64,000 nt of DNA from Octopus sinensis (GCF_006345805.1 NC_043011.1:38452464-38516463), one strand, 5' to 3'; counted from the first letter of the stretch, positions 1 to 13,549 are shown. Numbers and translations: made by a program. Notes: generated by a model not told the origin, from the letters alone.

Positions 1-907
1 AAAACCGTTTTTAATTATAATGTTACGTTGTAAATTGAAATCAAATAATATTTAATATTCAAATTTCATCCTTAGCTGCAATATTTTAAGTAAATATTTT
101 CTTGTTCTGTACTTTTCCAGATGAACTTTTCCAACATGTCCTGTAGTTTTCCCGGTTTATAATGTTAAGAATATTATTTCTCTTGCTCGCATTTTACCAT
201 GTAATCCATGATTTTTTTCCCCGACTATGCTATTATGCTAATAAATAATGTGTTAAATGTGTCCATTAGCGGTGTCGTTGATAATTTTTTCCTTACCTCA
301 ATGACGCCGGTGACATATATAAATGTCCCCTCATAGAACTATATTCATAAAAAAGTATAGAACTATATCATCAAATTTGAGAAACACATAACTTTTTTTG
401 TTTTAAAACTTCATTACATGAGATAGATACCATAAAATTATCTCGAAATGGACTGTCATTTAAGCTTAATTATACTGTAGATTGTTTTTAAAATAAAAGA
501 AAGGGTTAATTATACTTGAATCCAGTTTTTTGCCTCACCCATATTTTCATTCATGATATTTTACCACACAACCTTTCTAATACAAATTTTTGTTGCATGG
601 GACCGAAACTATAAAATTCTTCATGCTTTCTTTTATCATTGAAGCTAAGATAAATGTATTTCTAAACTCCATTAGAGGCATTACGTACTCTCCTATAATG
701 TTGTTACAAATTTTGATGTAAGCTTTGTTCTAGTGGATCAAACCTCAAATTCTTATGCTAAAATGTAGCTAAGGACCAGCTCTCTTCCAAAATGTTAACA
801 GTTTTCAATTTGGTTTAGAACTGAATTAAGGACAAGCTCTGAAAGATACTGTGTGTGAGAAAACTGCAGCCTTAAGAATATTATTCAACTATTACTGTAG
901 CTGAATG

Positions 908-938
<31 letters not shown>

Positions 939-2420
939 GGGCGTGATAGGTAAATTGGCGCCATTTCATATTTTTTATCTTTCTATATATGTGTGTGTCT
1001 GTGTATGTATATTTTAATGCATGTATGTAAGCATATACCGCTTTATTCGTAATGATTGACTCCTTTCTCCATAATGAATTTCTCAATTTGTGCCTTTGTT
1101 CTGTCACTAAAGACTTTAACCAACATGACGTACAAAAAGCAACCGAAAACTCGGAGTAAAGTATTCAGGCTTATTTTTCTCATTTGTGAACGCATAAGCC
1201 TACCTACTCTTCGTATTTTCTGTAAAATAACTAAAGGGTAGCCTTCATAATGGTCGAGCAATACGGGTAGAATTCAGGACAATTTCTATTTTTTATATCA
1301 AACATGGCAATAATTATGATAAGGTTAGACTTAATGCTCTAACTCTTTAGTTTCTGAAACATATTTAGTTTTGCTTTGCTAATCGATACACTGATATAAA
1401 GATATAAATGAAAATTCCAATAATGATCCGAAATAAATATTTGCATTGGGGAAACGCTATAATTTATCTGCTTTAGATGTGTAATGAATACTACAACAAG
1501 ATCAAACAATGGTGCCCAGACATGGATAATAAAAAACATAATAAATATTTTTGGGAGCCAAAAAAATAAATCTGAAGCAAAGCAACAATGAAAATACATC
1601 CAGTTTTAATATGTAAAGAAACATATACAAAAACTAAAAGCAAAAGTACTATTCTGGCTCAGAGGTTTCGTCAAAGCTGACAATTTCCCTAAGAGATTTC
1701 AGTTCGGCAAAAACCGCAAAAGAATATAAAAACATAAAACATATATTACTCAAATAATATCGTCAGTAACTGGTTGTGCATGTGCGACAGAAACAGGAAC
1801 GGACATATGGTGAACAAACAAACTACTAATATTCTGTATTTATTCGTGTTTAAGTCGCAATGTTTTATACTTGATTTTCAGAGAAAAATAAAACTGTGAT
1901 ATGACTTATTCACGGTGAAAAGCTAAAGCTATGAAAGAAAAAAAAATTTGTAGCAGCATTTAACACTTAATTAGGACTGCAGCGTATACACTAGTGTGAC
2001 TGATGCATGAGTAAATAAAGCAATATGATATAATGCCGAATAAAACGAAATGGCTTTGGAGAAACCATAGCTATCAACTTTTTAAAATATCCCTAGTGGT
2101 AAAGTAGCTTTTCTGGACAATATCATCCATGTAAATGCATAATGGCAAAAATTAGGCAAAGATTTAATTGTGCCAACTGAAACAAAACACCTGTGCAATA
2201 TACACATTATATCTGAAAACACTGGATATCTTAAATAGTGGGCATTTGATCATTGGTGTGTTTAAACAAGTGTAAAATAACTATACACAATATTTGTTTT
2301 TTAATTGCGTCACAAAGCTAAGACGCTTGGGCGAGGTGCATTAGTCGATATCATCATTTCCAGTGCATGGTTTCTGCTTTATTTTACCAACCTCAAAAGG
2401 ATGAAACTAAAAAAAATAAT

Positions 2421-2667
2421 AAATGTACCCTTTTAAAGCCTAGCAATGTTCATGGACCCGGTTTCCCGGTTTCAATGGTGTATGTGTTCTCCAGCTGGAC
2501 GGAATGCCAGTCCATCGCAGTGTTACTCATTTTTGCCAGCTGAGTGGACTGGAGCAACGTGAAATGAAGTGTTTTGCTCAAGAATACAACGCGTCGCCCG
2601 GTCCAGGAATCGAAACCACAATCATACGATCATGACGCTGACACGCTAACGACTAACCCCGCGACTC
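2421..2667 (-). mobile_element. tRNA-derived SINE, working family D
   Basis: Minus strand has a decayed A box, a GGTTTCGATTCC B box (plus ggaatcgaaacc ~2606-2617), then TTGAGCAAAACACTTCATTTCACGTTGCTCCAGTCCACTCAGCTGG and a CTGCGATGGACTGGC...GAAACCGGGAAACCGG tail. A related head is at 8607-8750. Confidence 0.8.
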
Positions 2668-3624
2668 TATCAAAAGGATGAAAACTAAAGTTCAATACCG
2701 AGTCGAATCAAAAGTGTATGTTTAAATATCTGGAGCAAATACTGCAGGGTATTTTTCGATGCCCTAACTATTTTGACAGCCCCTTAAAATTATACAACAG
2801 CGTTTTTTTTTATTTAACAAGGGTGCCAGAAAATTTGGTGAACCGAGGAACCTGTTGATACTATAGTTTCCATGCATGATTGGCAGCCTATGTTATTGAC
2901 CCCGAAAAAGTGAAAAGTGCTGTTGAGTTCAGTGTGATTGGAACTAAGAATGTTAGAACCCAGAAAGATTGTTGCAAGATATTTTTCCGATTCTCTAACG
3001 AATCTGGGCGCTCACTCAATTACAAGCTAATAACATTAATTGTTTTTTCAATTTTTACTCAGGTGGGAATGCGGCCTGGCATAATTTCCACTTGTCTCTG
3101 AAGGAGGGGAAGAAAGTGTCATCAAACTGGAGACCAGACCAGAATGCTTGCAACAGAATGGACTCTACTAAAAGCATTCAAGCTACCAGGTCAATGTTTT
3201 CAAACGGTTAGTTGACTAAGTCTACCACCCAAGTATACCATTGCGGGGTTGAACAATCTGAAATTGTTGAAAGTTACAGTTGGCCGTGGCAAGATTTGAA
3301 CTCAGAATGAAGAGTGTTGCAACAAATGATGTGAAGTATTCCATATGCCCTTCAAACGATTCTGCTTATTCGCCATTTTTTACTGCGAGTTGGCACGACC
3401 ATTATAGAAGTAGGCCTTTTTATAGTATTATACAGAAAGTGCCAAACAAACTAAGTTTTTTTTGGCATACCGTATGATACTAAATAGTAAATACAGTGCG
3501 TGCCATAAAAAACTTCACATATTTTATACGACTATTTCTTTGACACGGGGGAGATTAAGATAATGATAATGATGTTGTAATACAGCTAGAAGCCTTTCCG
3601 TTTCTACTTTTAAATAAGTCCAAC

Positions 3625-4041
3625 AGATCTTTTCGGTTTGAACGGCAGTTTTTAAAAACAATTTCCACGTAACTAAACACTTTTAAACTTCGTATACTGG
3701 TAGAATCTATTTATAAAACATCTTTTTCTCTTGGCTTTATTGAGAAAATTCTATAGTTTGTAAGATATTTGTCGGGTTTTTTTTCAATTTCTGCAATTTC
3801 AACCGGTCAATGACGTCTAATTGAGGTGAAAACAGTCTGTGCCGTATGAATATGTCCCTCGTTTAAGAAACAGATTGGGTTTATTTACATTTCTGAAGAA
3901 AAAAGATACCCTTCCCCCCACCCCTAACCCTAACCCTAAAACAGATTGAATTGCAATAGATCGATACTAGGGTCATAATTATGGGTGACAATTTCATATG
4001 ACACCGCTAGAAAAAAACTGCCGTTCAAACCGAAAAGATCC
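3625..4041. mobile_element. MITE with 28-bp TIRs and 8-bp TSD (Merlin-like or other 8-bp-TSD superfamily)
   Basis: Perfect inverted repeats GATCTTTTCGGTTTGAACGGCAGTTTTT at 3626-3653 and 4013-4040. Direct repeat AGTCCAAC at 3617-3624 and 4042-4049. Internal (CCCTAA)3 at 3922-3939. Confidence 0.9.
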
Positions 4042-4192
4042 AGTCCAACTTTTGCATTGGTGCACTGAAGGGATTTCCGCTGAAGCGTTTATCAAGAGCG
4101 AGGCTCTGAAGGCATTTAGCCGCACTCTGTACCTAATGCCTCTTTGGAAATATATATAACACTTTCTCAGTATTATTTCTTCTAAGCTTTAA

Positions 4193-4320
4193 GGTGGTCA
4201 GCTGACAGAACCGCTACCACGCCGGTGAAAAAGCTTCGAGGTATTTCATCCGTCTTTACATTCTCTATTCAAATTTCGTCGTTGAGCACTTGGGGTCGAT
4301 GTAGTCGACTTACCCCCTCC
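4193..4320 (+). mobile_element. Degraded, internally deleted family B SINE
   Basis: GGTGGTCAGCTGACAGAACCGCTA...GGTATTTCATCCGTCTTTAC...TTCAAATT...GGGGTCGATGTAGTCGACTTACC matches intact B copies (20834-21068, 48714-48929). Confidence 0.6.
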
Positions 4321-5275
4321 AACGGTTTACAACAACTCTCCCTAGGTTTACAACAAATATAAAAAGAAACCGGGTTCAGATACATTGTAATACTACCCTT
4401 AAAGCAATTCACTTGTTATATTGACGTTCATTTAGCTTAAAAACATATCAAACCTTCTAATTCTTCTATGGAATTCTTTGTTTTTCAATGCAAACTACCA
4501 ACAGTTTCGATGGACCATGTGTCCTTAGGCTGCGCGTTGATAGACATAGAGTATATTTAAAATTACAGTTAAAAGTTCCGTGTGACATATTACAGAAAGA
4601 TTTCAATGTGAATTGCATTATAAAAACCTGTCATTGTTAGAAAATTTAGTGAAGAAAACTTATGAAGATTTAGGTTATCAATTCCTTTTTTTTGTGCATG
4701 TATATTTGTGAAATGCATGATGACATTTGTGTGAAGAGAAATATAAGAACAAAGAATAGTCACATGCAAAATCGAAAATTTCGCAGTCAGATAAAATACA
4801 CATGATGTCATCGCAGGTTGTGTGTGTGTGTATGTGTGCGTGTGTGTGTGTGTGTGTTTGTGTGTGTGTTCGGGTATGCATGTGTACATCTGTGTGGCCA
4901 TACATACATATATGTAGATATATATATATATATGTGTTTGTATATGTACATATATATATGTATATATATATATATACATATACGTGGGGGTGGTCGGGTA
5001 ACCATGGCCATATATATATATATATATGCGTGTGTTTACTATCTGTCTGCGTCTCTGGAAATATTACAGTTCACATAGATTTCTTTCATTTTTTTAATTA
5101 TAAAGCTCCAACTTTTGCACTGAACAACAATCCATTAGATTACTTAACGACTACTGTAAACTTTAAATTATAGAAGAATGGTAAACTTTTACGAAGGTAT
5201 ATTTACTTTCCTAGACATATTAATTTTCACATCATTTGTTCTTACTTCTCTCTGAGTACTTATGTATGCATATGT

Positions 5276-5284
<9 letters not shown>

Positions 5285-5325
<41 letters not shown>

Positions 5326-5494
5326 TAGTATATATATATATATATATACAAGTATTTGTCAATGTGTGTACCTATGTATGTATTTATGTATATATACAGG
5401 TAGGTAAGTAGGTGGAATAGGTAGGTAGGTAGGTAGGTAGGTAGGTAGATAGGTGGGTAGGTAGGTAGGTAGGTAGGTAGGTAGGTAGGTAGGT
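5285..5494. repeat. (TA)n and (TAGG)n microsatellites
   Basis: Read directly from the sequence. Confidence 0.95.
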
Positions 5495-6099
5495 ATTTGT
5501 ATAATTATGCAGGAATGTATTGTGGCCAGGAATACATCAAGGGGCAGGTTACGTTTTCTCGGAGAATTAAATTGTGATACAGAAGCTTCTGGTCGTCATG
5601 ATCTGGAAATAGCCGATCCAGCATCATGTGATCTGAACCTCATTTCTGCAGGATATACCAGAATCTATCCCGTGATTTTGAGTTCCGCAAAGATCTTTTG
5701 CGATAGCACAGCAAGGAAATATCTACCGTTGGTAACTGAGAACGAAAGGCGCTTATAGCGTAGGGAAGAACATATTTCGGAACATTTTGTATATTGTCTC
5801 TCTGCTATTTGATAAGGAGACTCTTTCCTGAAAGATTATAAAGATATTAAAGGATCTATGGGAAATAATACATATTATGTCTGGCCACTGTTTTACTTTA
5901 TTGGCAACCCCCAAGATATTTTGCTTAATATCTCACTTGCATTCTTCAAACATTTATATCAGATAAAAATATCTTCAATATTTATAGAAACCCCTTTTTT
6001 AAACACATTCCCTTCTCTTTTACTCCGACAAATTTTAGTGACATAATCTTGCATTAAGTGTTGAAAGTTTACACCTTGACTTCAAACACGCAGTCCTGA

Positions 6100-7745
6100 A
6101 TATATATCTTTCACCTGATTCTACCCCAGGGCTGTGATCATGCTGGTGTACCACCTGTAGTTACTCGGTGTTGTTTCCGGTATTGTTTTTGGTGAAGTAG
6201 CGAATTGGACGGAGCTGCTCTTCTTTGTGTTTTATGCCGCGATGTGGGTTCATCTGGTATCTCAGATAGAAACCTGTCCAGACGTTCCTTTAAATCTTCC
6301 ACATCAACATGTAGATCTCTAAGATTGACCATTTGCGGGACCTTGAGACGCAGACTATTTCAGTAGTGTGTCCTTATTTTAGATGAGGAAGACGGGATCT
6401 TTTGTATGATACAGTGCCGTCCAGTTCGAGGATTGATATAGCTGTCAATTCTAAAATTGGGAGCTAAACCCTCTAAGATCTTCCAAATATATATCACCAC
6501 ATAATTCTCTCGTCTACTCTCCAAGGAATAGAGACTCAGCTCCTTTAGCCTCTCCCAGTAACCCATCCTATGCATCGAGTCAATCTTCTTTGTGTAGTGG
6601 CGCTGGATTGCTTCGAGTTCTACATTTTGTTTCACACTCTCTGGGGACCATAGTTGGGAGCAATAGTCCAAGCGGTTGAGAACGAAAGTCCTCCATAAGA
6701 GTATCAGGGCCTCCCTTTTCTTGATTTTGAATGTCCTCGGGATCCAGCCAGCCACTCTCCTGCACAATGTTGTGATCTTGGTAATATGCATATTGCACGT
6801 GCGAACCCCCAGGTCACTCACCGACTCTGACTCTGGGATCGTACTACCCTCTTGTCCAGAGAAATCCGATTTTAGCCTGGTGTTGGACCGATAGTGGAGT
6901 GCCTGAAATTTCATAGCATTGAACTGCATGTTATTTTTGTTAGCCCATTTGTAGATTTCTTTCAGGTCTTTCTGAAGTTTTATGATGTCCTCTGGGTTCC
7001 TAACTACCTGCGATTCATTTGCATCGTCAGCATAACTGGTTAGATTGGATGACTGTATTGCGGAGGGCATGTCTGAGAGGGCCACCACAAATAGTTGTGG
7101 CGCTAGTACAATTTCCTTGTGGGACTCCGCTGAGAATTGGTGTCGCTTCAGAATGAGTACTATTAGCTACATCTGTCTGATTTCTGCCCTTTAGAAAATC
7201 ATGCAGCCACTCCCCCAGTTTCCCAGTAACACCAAGGTTTCGCAGCTTGTGACATATCATGCCATGATTAAACTTGTCGCAGGCCTTGGCAAAGTCGAGA
7301 TATATCACGTCTACAGCTGACTGGTTTAGTTGTTGTTTCAGTACCCAGTCAAAGTGCAGCAGCAGCTGTGTGAGGCAGCTCCTCCCTGGACGGGAGCCAT
7401 GTTGTGTGTATGTGAAATGGTTGTTTCCTTCTAGGAATGTAATCAGCCTTTTTTTTCTGAAAATGCGTTTCATTATCTTGCTAATATGTAAGGTCAGAAA
7501 GATGGGCCTGCAGTTTTTAGCATCTTCTCTGCTCCCTCCTTTATAGACATGGCATATTATACCCTCTTTTAGTATGTTGAGAAGTTTACCACACGCAAGC
7601 AAAATCTGTGCATGTTTTTAAGAGTCCATATGAGTTTGATCTCATCTCATCAATGACCTATGTCACATCCTCTTCTGTTATGTTGATATAATTTATGGTT
7701 GCTGCTTTTCCGAATAGATTCGTTACATTGAAAAACTCCTCAGGC
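6100..7745 (-). pseudogene. 5'-truncated, frameshifted CR1-clade LINE ORF2 (reverse transcriptase) with 3' UTR
   Basis: Consecutive minus ORFs give YKGGSREDAKNCRPI, QHG, VDVIYLDFAKA, SGVPQG, YADD (7023-7034), LDYCSQLWSP, LEAIQRHYTKKI, YWERLKEL.LYSLE.RRE and the C-terminal LDRFLSEIPDEPT. These are CR1/L2-group RT motifs. Confidence 0.95.
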
Positions 7746-7823
7746 TTCTTTATTTGCATATATATATATATATATATATTTAAATAAATTGAGTTAAACG
7801 CAGATGCTATTCAAATTCTTTTA

Positions 7824-7906
7824 CTTTCGACATATGTTTCGAAGACAACATTGGTTTTATTCCAAAGGAATAAACAGTGTAAAATGCAACCTTCTCATCA
7901 GGGAGA
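7824..7906 (-). ncRNA. Type I hammerhead ribozyme motif with extended stem II
   Basis: Minus strand: CUGAUGA (7901-7895), GAAG...54-nt stem II...CUUC, GAA, AC-AUAU-GU (palindromic stem III), C17 (GUC triplet, predicted cut 7829/7828), then GAAAG. The 5' stem I strand is decayed in this arm. Confidence 0.8.
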
Positions 7907-8121
7907 TTTCTACTTCCAAGCTTTTGAACATTTTTTTCAACCAATATATCCCTCTTTATTTGTTCTCTACTTATTTCTTCTTTACCCCTTCTCTTCCTAG
8001 TGTCTGCCTTTGACGTTGAATCTACTAACGGTTTTTTTTAAATACTTAATAGCGTTCTGTTTATCATTTATGCAGTCATCAAAATTGTTATAATGTCTCG
8101 TTGTTGAAATAGGTTCTCTTT

Positions 8122-8204
8122 CTTTCCTGGTGAGAAGATTGCATTTTACACCGTTTATTCCTTTGGAATAAAACCAATGTTGTCTTCGAAACATGTGTCG
8201 AAGT
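8122..8204 (+). ncRNA. Decayed second copy of the extended-stem-II hammerhead
   Basis: CUUUC-CUGGUGA (A6 to G)-GAAG...CUUC-GAAAC-AUGU-GUC-GAAGU. The 5' stem I strand CUUUC is intact here. Confidence 0.65.
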
Positions 8205-8401
8205 AAAAGATTTTGAATAGCATCTGCGTTCAGCTCCATTTCTTTACTTATACTACACAAATTACTGCACATTAACCCGGAGTTTCTACCTTTGAATAGG
8301 TCGTTACATCCTTGTTACTTGCGTGAATTTTGCTACCCTGGTATCTGTTTATTGAATTTTTCATCTTAACGGTAAACAAAGGATAATTCATTCATCCATT
8401 T

Positions 8402-8441
<40 letters not shown>

Positions 8442-8485
8442 TATATATATATATTATATATAATATATATATTATATATATATAT

Positions 8486-8575
<90 letters not shown>
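8402..8575. repeat. Compound (CA)n-(TA)n-(GATA)n microsatellite
   Basis: Read directly from the sequence. Confidence 0.95.
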
Positions 8576-8576
<1 letters not shown>

Positions 8577-8606
8577 CATAAATATCGATACATGCATACA
8601 TACATA

Positions 8607-8750
8607 GTGGAAGCACGTGGATTAGTAGGTAGGAGTGTCAGGCTCAATCGTAAGTTTGGGGTTTCAATTCCTGGACCAGATGATGCATTCTCTTTTTAAG
8701 CCGAATACTTCACTTCATAATATTGCTGTCCACTCAGCAGGTAAAAGTGC
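8607..8750 (+). mobile_element. Degraded family D SINE head
   Basis: GGAAGCACGTGGATTAGTAGGT...GGTTTCAATTCCTGGACCAG...GTCCACTCAGCAGGTAAAA, similar to 2421-2667. Confidence 0.55.
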
Positions 8751-8891
8751 AGAAATCCTACGGTGGACCTGCAGGTACAGAAAGAGCATCACAGAAATCG
8801 AGTAACCGGCTTCTAGTCCATATGATTCGGAAAGAAACCTTATCCTTAGTTAGACAGACAGGCAGACAGACAGACTGATTGATAGATAGAT

Positions 8892-8922
<31 letters not shown>

Positions 8923-8990
8923 TAAACTGACAGATAGATAGATAGATAGATAGATAGATATATATATAGATAGATAGACAGATATATATG

Positions 8991-9125
8991 TTTCTTTATT
9001 AGCCACACAGGGCTGAACACAGAGGTGACAAATTACAAAGTAGACCTTTTCTTTTGGGGAGAAAAAAAGAAGAAAAAAAAAACAGAAAAAAGGTGAGTAG
9101 GTTTTCGATCAAAGCGGATCGTGTA
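8991..9125 (-). mobile_element. Short retroposon 3' end (putative L1/Tx1-type LINE tail) inside (GATA)n
   Basis: Minus strand ends ...TTTGTCACCTCTGTGTTCAGCCCTGTGTGGCTAATAAAGAAA. A paralogue is at 37431-37545. GATA arrays lie on both sides. The clade assignment is inference. Confidence 0.55.
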
Positions 9126-9156
9126 TCACAGATAGATAGATAGATAGATAGATAGG

Positions 9157-9231
<75 letters not shown>

Positions 9232-9236
9232 ATAGA

Positions 9237-9274
<38 letters not shown>

Positions 9275-9812
9275 CATATATAGATCAGTAGGTAGCATGA
9301 TAGGTAGTTAACTGTTAGTTAGATAGGTGAGCATGTAGGTAGGTAGGTTGGTAGGTAGGTGGGTGGGTAGGTAAATAAGTAAGTTGATAGGTATGTAGAT
9401 AAGTAAGTAGGATGGTTTGTAGGTATGGAAACGGTTCCAGAAGCGAAGTAAATAATCACTTCTTAGCATGTCTGAATGATGCGAGAATTCGATGCCGGTT
9501 ATAAATCATGAAGCAAAATATTTTGAAGAAAATTTTTATTTGTTGAATGTTGGCATGTTTTAAGTAATTTACTTTCTTTGAAAATTAGAGCTTATTTTTG
9601 AAGAGACCATACTACGAAAATTGGTATAAGTAGACGTAGAGATATACAAGAAACGCCGAGATATACAGAGATATGGCTATAATTATGAGTGTGCGTGTTT
9701 GCGTGCGTGGATGTGTTGTGAGGTTGTCTCTGTTCTTCTATGTATGTGAGTATGTGTACTTACATATATGATGAGGTTTTCAAAGATTTTAATATACAGA
9801 TATGTAAATAAG

Positions 9813-9870
<58 letters not shown>

Positions 9871-10208
9871 CACACACACATACCTGTGTATGTCTGCATA
9901 TGCATGTGTATTTGTATGTACACGCACACACACACACACGCATACATACACATATGTATATAAACATACATAGACTAATGTACATTTTGACAGAATCATA
10001 TTCAATACGTCATATACATAAAAACACATGCGCACACATATTTATGTGCACCAAACTTACCCACATACATATACACACAGACACACACAAATATCTATAT
10101 GTCTATATATCTACAGCTGTGTATATTCGGACAGTGTGATATATTTATGCGCACGTGTGTTTATATGTAATCATATATATTAATACATACATGCATATAT
10201 ATGTATAC

Positions 10209-10247
<39 letters not shown>

Positions 10248-10337
10248 CACTTACATGATAATATATATGTATATATATATAATACATATATATATTTTTA
10301 TTGATATATATATATTTATATTGGTATATATATATTG

Positions 10338-10389
<52 letters not shown>

Positions 10390-11061
10390 TATATTCCAAT
10401 ACATGTACGTATGGAGTCTAGAATGTCTTTGGTTACATACCAAGAAAATAGATTATAAATACCCATCCACTCATAATATAGATTTCCTATACTCACCAAC
10501 ACAAGTTCATTTACCGATATTCGTGCTCTTGTGAACGAAATGCACGCATATATGCATGTATATTCAGAACACACATACATACACATACACACACACACAC
10601 GTATCGAACGCGTGTTTGTGTATTTATATACAAATCAGCATTAAAAGCATATATATATATATATATATATATAATTTTAACATCCAATGTCTGCATGTGT
10701 GTATGCAATAAACATTTCTTACATGGCACTCATCTCGGTGCTGTATTGTTCTGTGAGAATGTTCTGGTGCCTTAAATCTTACCTAGCATCAATTATGTCA
10801 GATCTTGTAGCAGCCATTTGTCTCCCCCTACTTACTCACATATACTCTTACGTTCCACCGTGTTCCACTGTTTCAGTATTTCTCTATTTCAGAAACAAAA
10901 CTGCCATTACATGTAAGTCTTTTCAGAATTCATTATTGGTTAATTGAATTACATTCAAAGTAGTATTAGAAGAAGTAACATATGTCATGGTAGGGGTGTG
11001 GTACCTGGGTGGTGTGTGCATACGTAACCATGTATATGTGTGTATACACACACACACGCAC

Positions 11062-11108
<47 letters not shown>

Positions 11109-11561
11109 CACACAGACGTATTCATATATACAAATATTTATATATATATATGTGTGTTTGTGTGTGTGTGTGAGTCTGTGTATGTGTATATGCATATATG
11201 TAACCATGTATATAATATGCATACGTGTACACACACACACATATATATATATGCTCGTATAAATATGTACATACGTATACGTAGGCATGTATGTACGTAT
11301 ATATAACCATGCATACTTACATAAATGAGCATACATATAATTTATCCATATATGTTTCTATGTATATCCATATATATATATATGTGTGTGTTTATGTATA
11401 TATATATATATATATATACATATATATACATATATATGTATATATATATGCATATATATGTATATGTATATATATATATGTATATGTGTAATATGTCTAT
11501 ATATATATAATTGTATACGTATGTATATTTATAAATGTATGTATGTATTATATATATGTAT

Positions 11562-11610
<49 letters not shown>

Positions 11611-11614
11611 ATAT

Positions 11615-11647
<33 letters not shown>

Positions 11648-11839
11648 GTATTTCTATGTACAAGCAGTAGTGCATGTGATGGTAGCAAAATTGATGCTCT
11701 TTGTTCTTGTAGCGGAGGGGGGATGGATTCGATGGCAATGGAGATGGTATTTAATGAAGGTGTTGAGGAAGATTTATGGCGTTGGTATAGGAGACTGTGA
11801 TTGTTTTTATTGGTGATGATCTTGCTAATAATGTTGAGA

Positions 11840-12180
11840 TGCTGATGTTGTTGCTGCTGCTGTTGTTGTTGTTGGGGACTTTGCTGCTGTTGTTAATTGT
11901 GGATTGCGTCTATAATAATTTTGCCTTCTGTTCGTGGCGTTTGCAGTGCCTGCCATAATGCTCTTCTTCGTGTTGGTGTTGCTATTTATAGTGGTGGTGG
12001 TGGTGATGGTAGTGGTGATGGTGGATTTACTTGTAGTGGTGGTGATGGTGGTGGCGCTATTATTTGGTGGTATTGAGTTTGGTTATGTTGTAGTTCGTAG
12101 TGGTGGTGGTGGTGACCGAGGTGGTGCTGGTGCTGCTGCTGGCGGTGGTGGTGTTAGTGGTTGCGGTGTTGGTGTTGTTG
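11840..12180. repeat. Cryptic (GTT/GCT/GGT)n trinucleotide tract
   Basis: Read directly; abuts the tail of the composite SINE. Confidence 0.85.
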
Positions 12181-12615
12181 TTCTTCTTCCAATCAGGTCT
12201 CACGCCATTAGCCACAAAGAATAATCTCTAATTCGAGCCTACTCTAAGCTACTAAGAATGCGTGTGGCAACTTGAAGATCCACTCACCACACGCGATAGA
12301 CTGGCGGTCGCACGGGCGCGAAAGCTACGTTGTTATCCTCATTCCGTAAACAGTGGCTTTTAACAGGTGGAGAGCCGAACCATCCTGGTGTACAGAGGAT
12401 TAGCAACCTAGACAAGGGTCTGAAAGTGTACAACACCATAGTGGGTTACACCATGGTTCCTCTGCTTTATGGAAGAAGTAGGAGGAAAGAGTGAGAGAAA
12501 GTTGTGGTGGATGAGTACAGCGGGGTTCACCACCACCCCCGCCGGAGCATCGTGAATCTTAGCTGTTTTTGCGACCGCGAGTCCGCTGCTCTAACCACTG
12601 GGCCATTGCGCCTCC
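12181..12615 (-). mobile_element. Composite family C SINE with long 3' module and GAA-type tail
   Basis: Minus strand GGAGGCGCAATGGCCCAGTGGTTAGAGCAGCGGACTCGCGG (A box; B-box region deleted), then the ~270-bp module GGAACCATGGTGTAACC...GTGGCTAATGGCGTGAGACCTGATTGGAAGAAG shared with 39886-40648 and 51345-51821. Confidence 0.85.
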
Positions 12616-13417
12616 ACCGTTGTTGCTGCCGTTCGCCGTGATGCTTTTGCTTGTGTTGTTGGTATTTGTGACAGTTACGAAACGTGTTGTTATGGCGGTG
12701 TGCAGGCAGTAATACAGTGTCACTCGTGTTATTTGTGGCGGTGGAAGTTGTGATGTTGATCGAGGTAGCTGCGCATGCAATTATGCTGTGGTTGTTTGTG
12801 GCCTTGGTGATGATGGTAGTTTTCCTTTTGTCCATTGTCTGAGGATGTTACTAAATCTAACGGCCATGATGGTGATAGTGAGGATGACAATCTTACTACA
12901 TTAGAGGCTTTGGCAGAGATAGCAATTGTCGTTGTGATGCTAATGATAGCGATATTGGCAACTGTAGATAGATACACACTGTAACTGGATAGCGAAGGCA
13001 ACGGTAACATTAGATATATTTTCGTAGACATCCGTCTCTTTTCTTTGACAGATTACTGGTTTCCATCACCTCCATAAACCGCTGGATAGAATCATGGAAT
13101 TAAGAAGTAGACAAGATTATTCTAACTTTCGTTTGTAATTTACTCATAGGAAGAAAGGCTGGAGATATGACCTTCTTCAAAGGCCCACGGGATCTAGTTT
13201 GAAAATGTATAGGAAACAAAATGTAGAAGTTTATTGTTTGAATGGTGATCTGGGACAAAATTCAAAAAAAAATAATAAAAAGAACACCGTTAAATATACG
13301 GAAGGGCCAGATGCATGTGATCTTGTGATCTATTAATAGAAATACATACATACAATTTGATGGCTTCTACAGAACTTCCGCATACATATGCATACACTAA
13401 CACACACAATATATATA

Positions 13418-13450
<33 letters not shown>

Positions 13451-13473
13451 ATGTATGCATATATACATATATA

Positions 13474-13549
<76 letters not shown>

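Larger units (their letters stand above)
7791..8236. repeat. Divergent inverted pair of ~116-bp hammerhead-containing units
   Basis: 7791-7906 and 8121-8236 are reverse complements, about 90% identical by eye. Each arm contains a hammerhead core pointing outwards. Confidence 0.9.

Noticed and set aside
3922-3939. (CCCTAA)3 as an interstitial telomere or fusion scar
   Set aside because: Only three units, and they sit inside a TIR- and TSD-bounded MITE.
5507-5758. GC-richer 83-aa ORF; minus strand has a weak piggyBac-like SRDRF
   Set aside because: A single short motif with a stop nearby is not enough to classify it.
7781-8246. First reading as a long-TIR MITE
   Set aside because: No clear TSD, and each arm contains a hammerhead core, which fits a Penelope-type inversion better.
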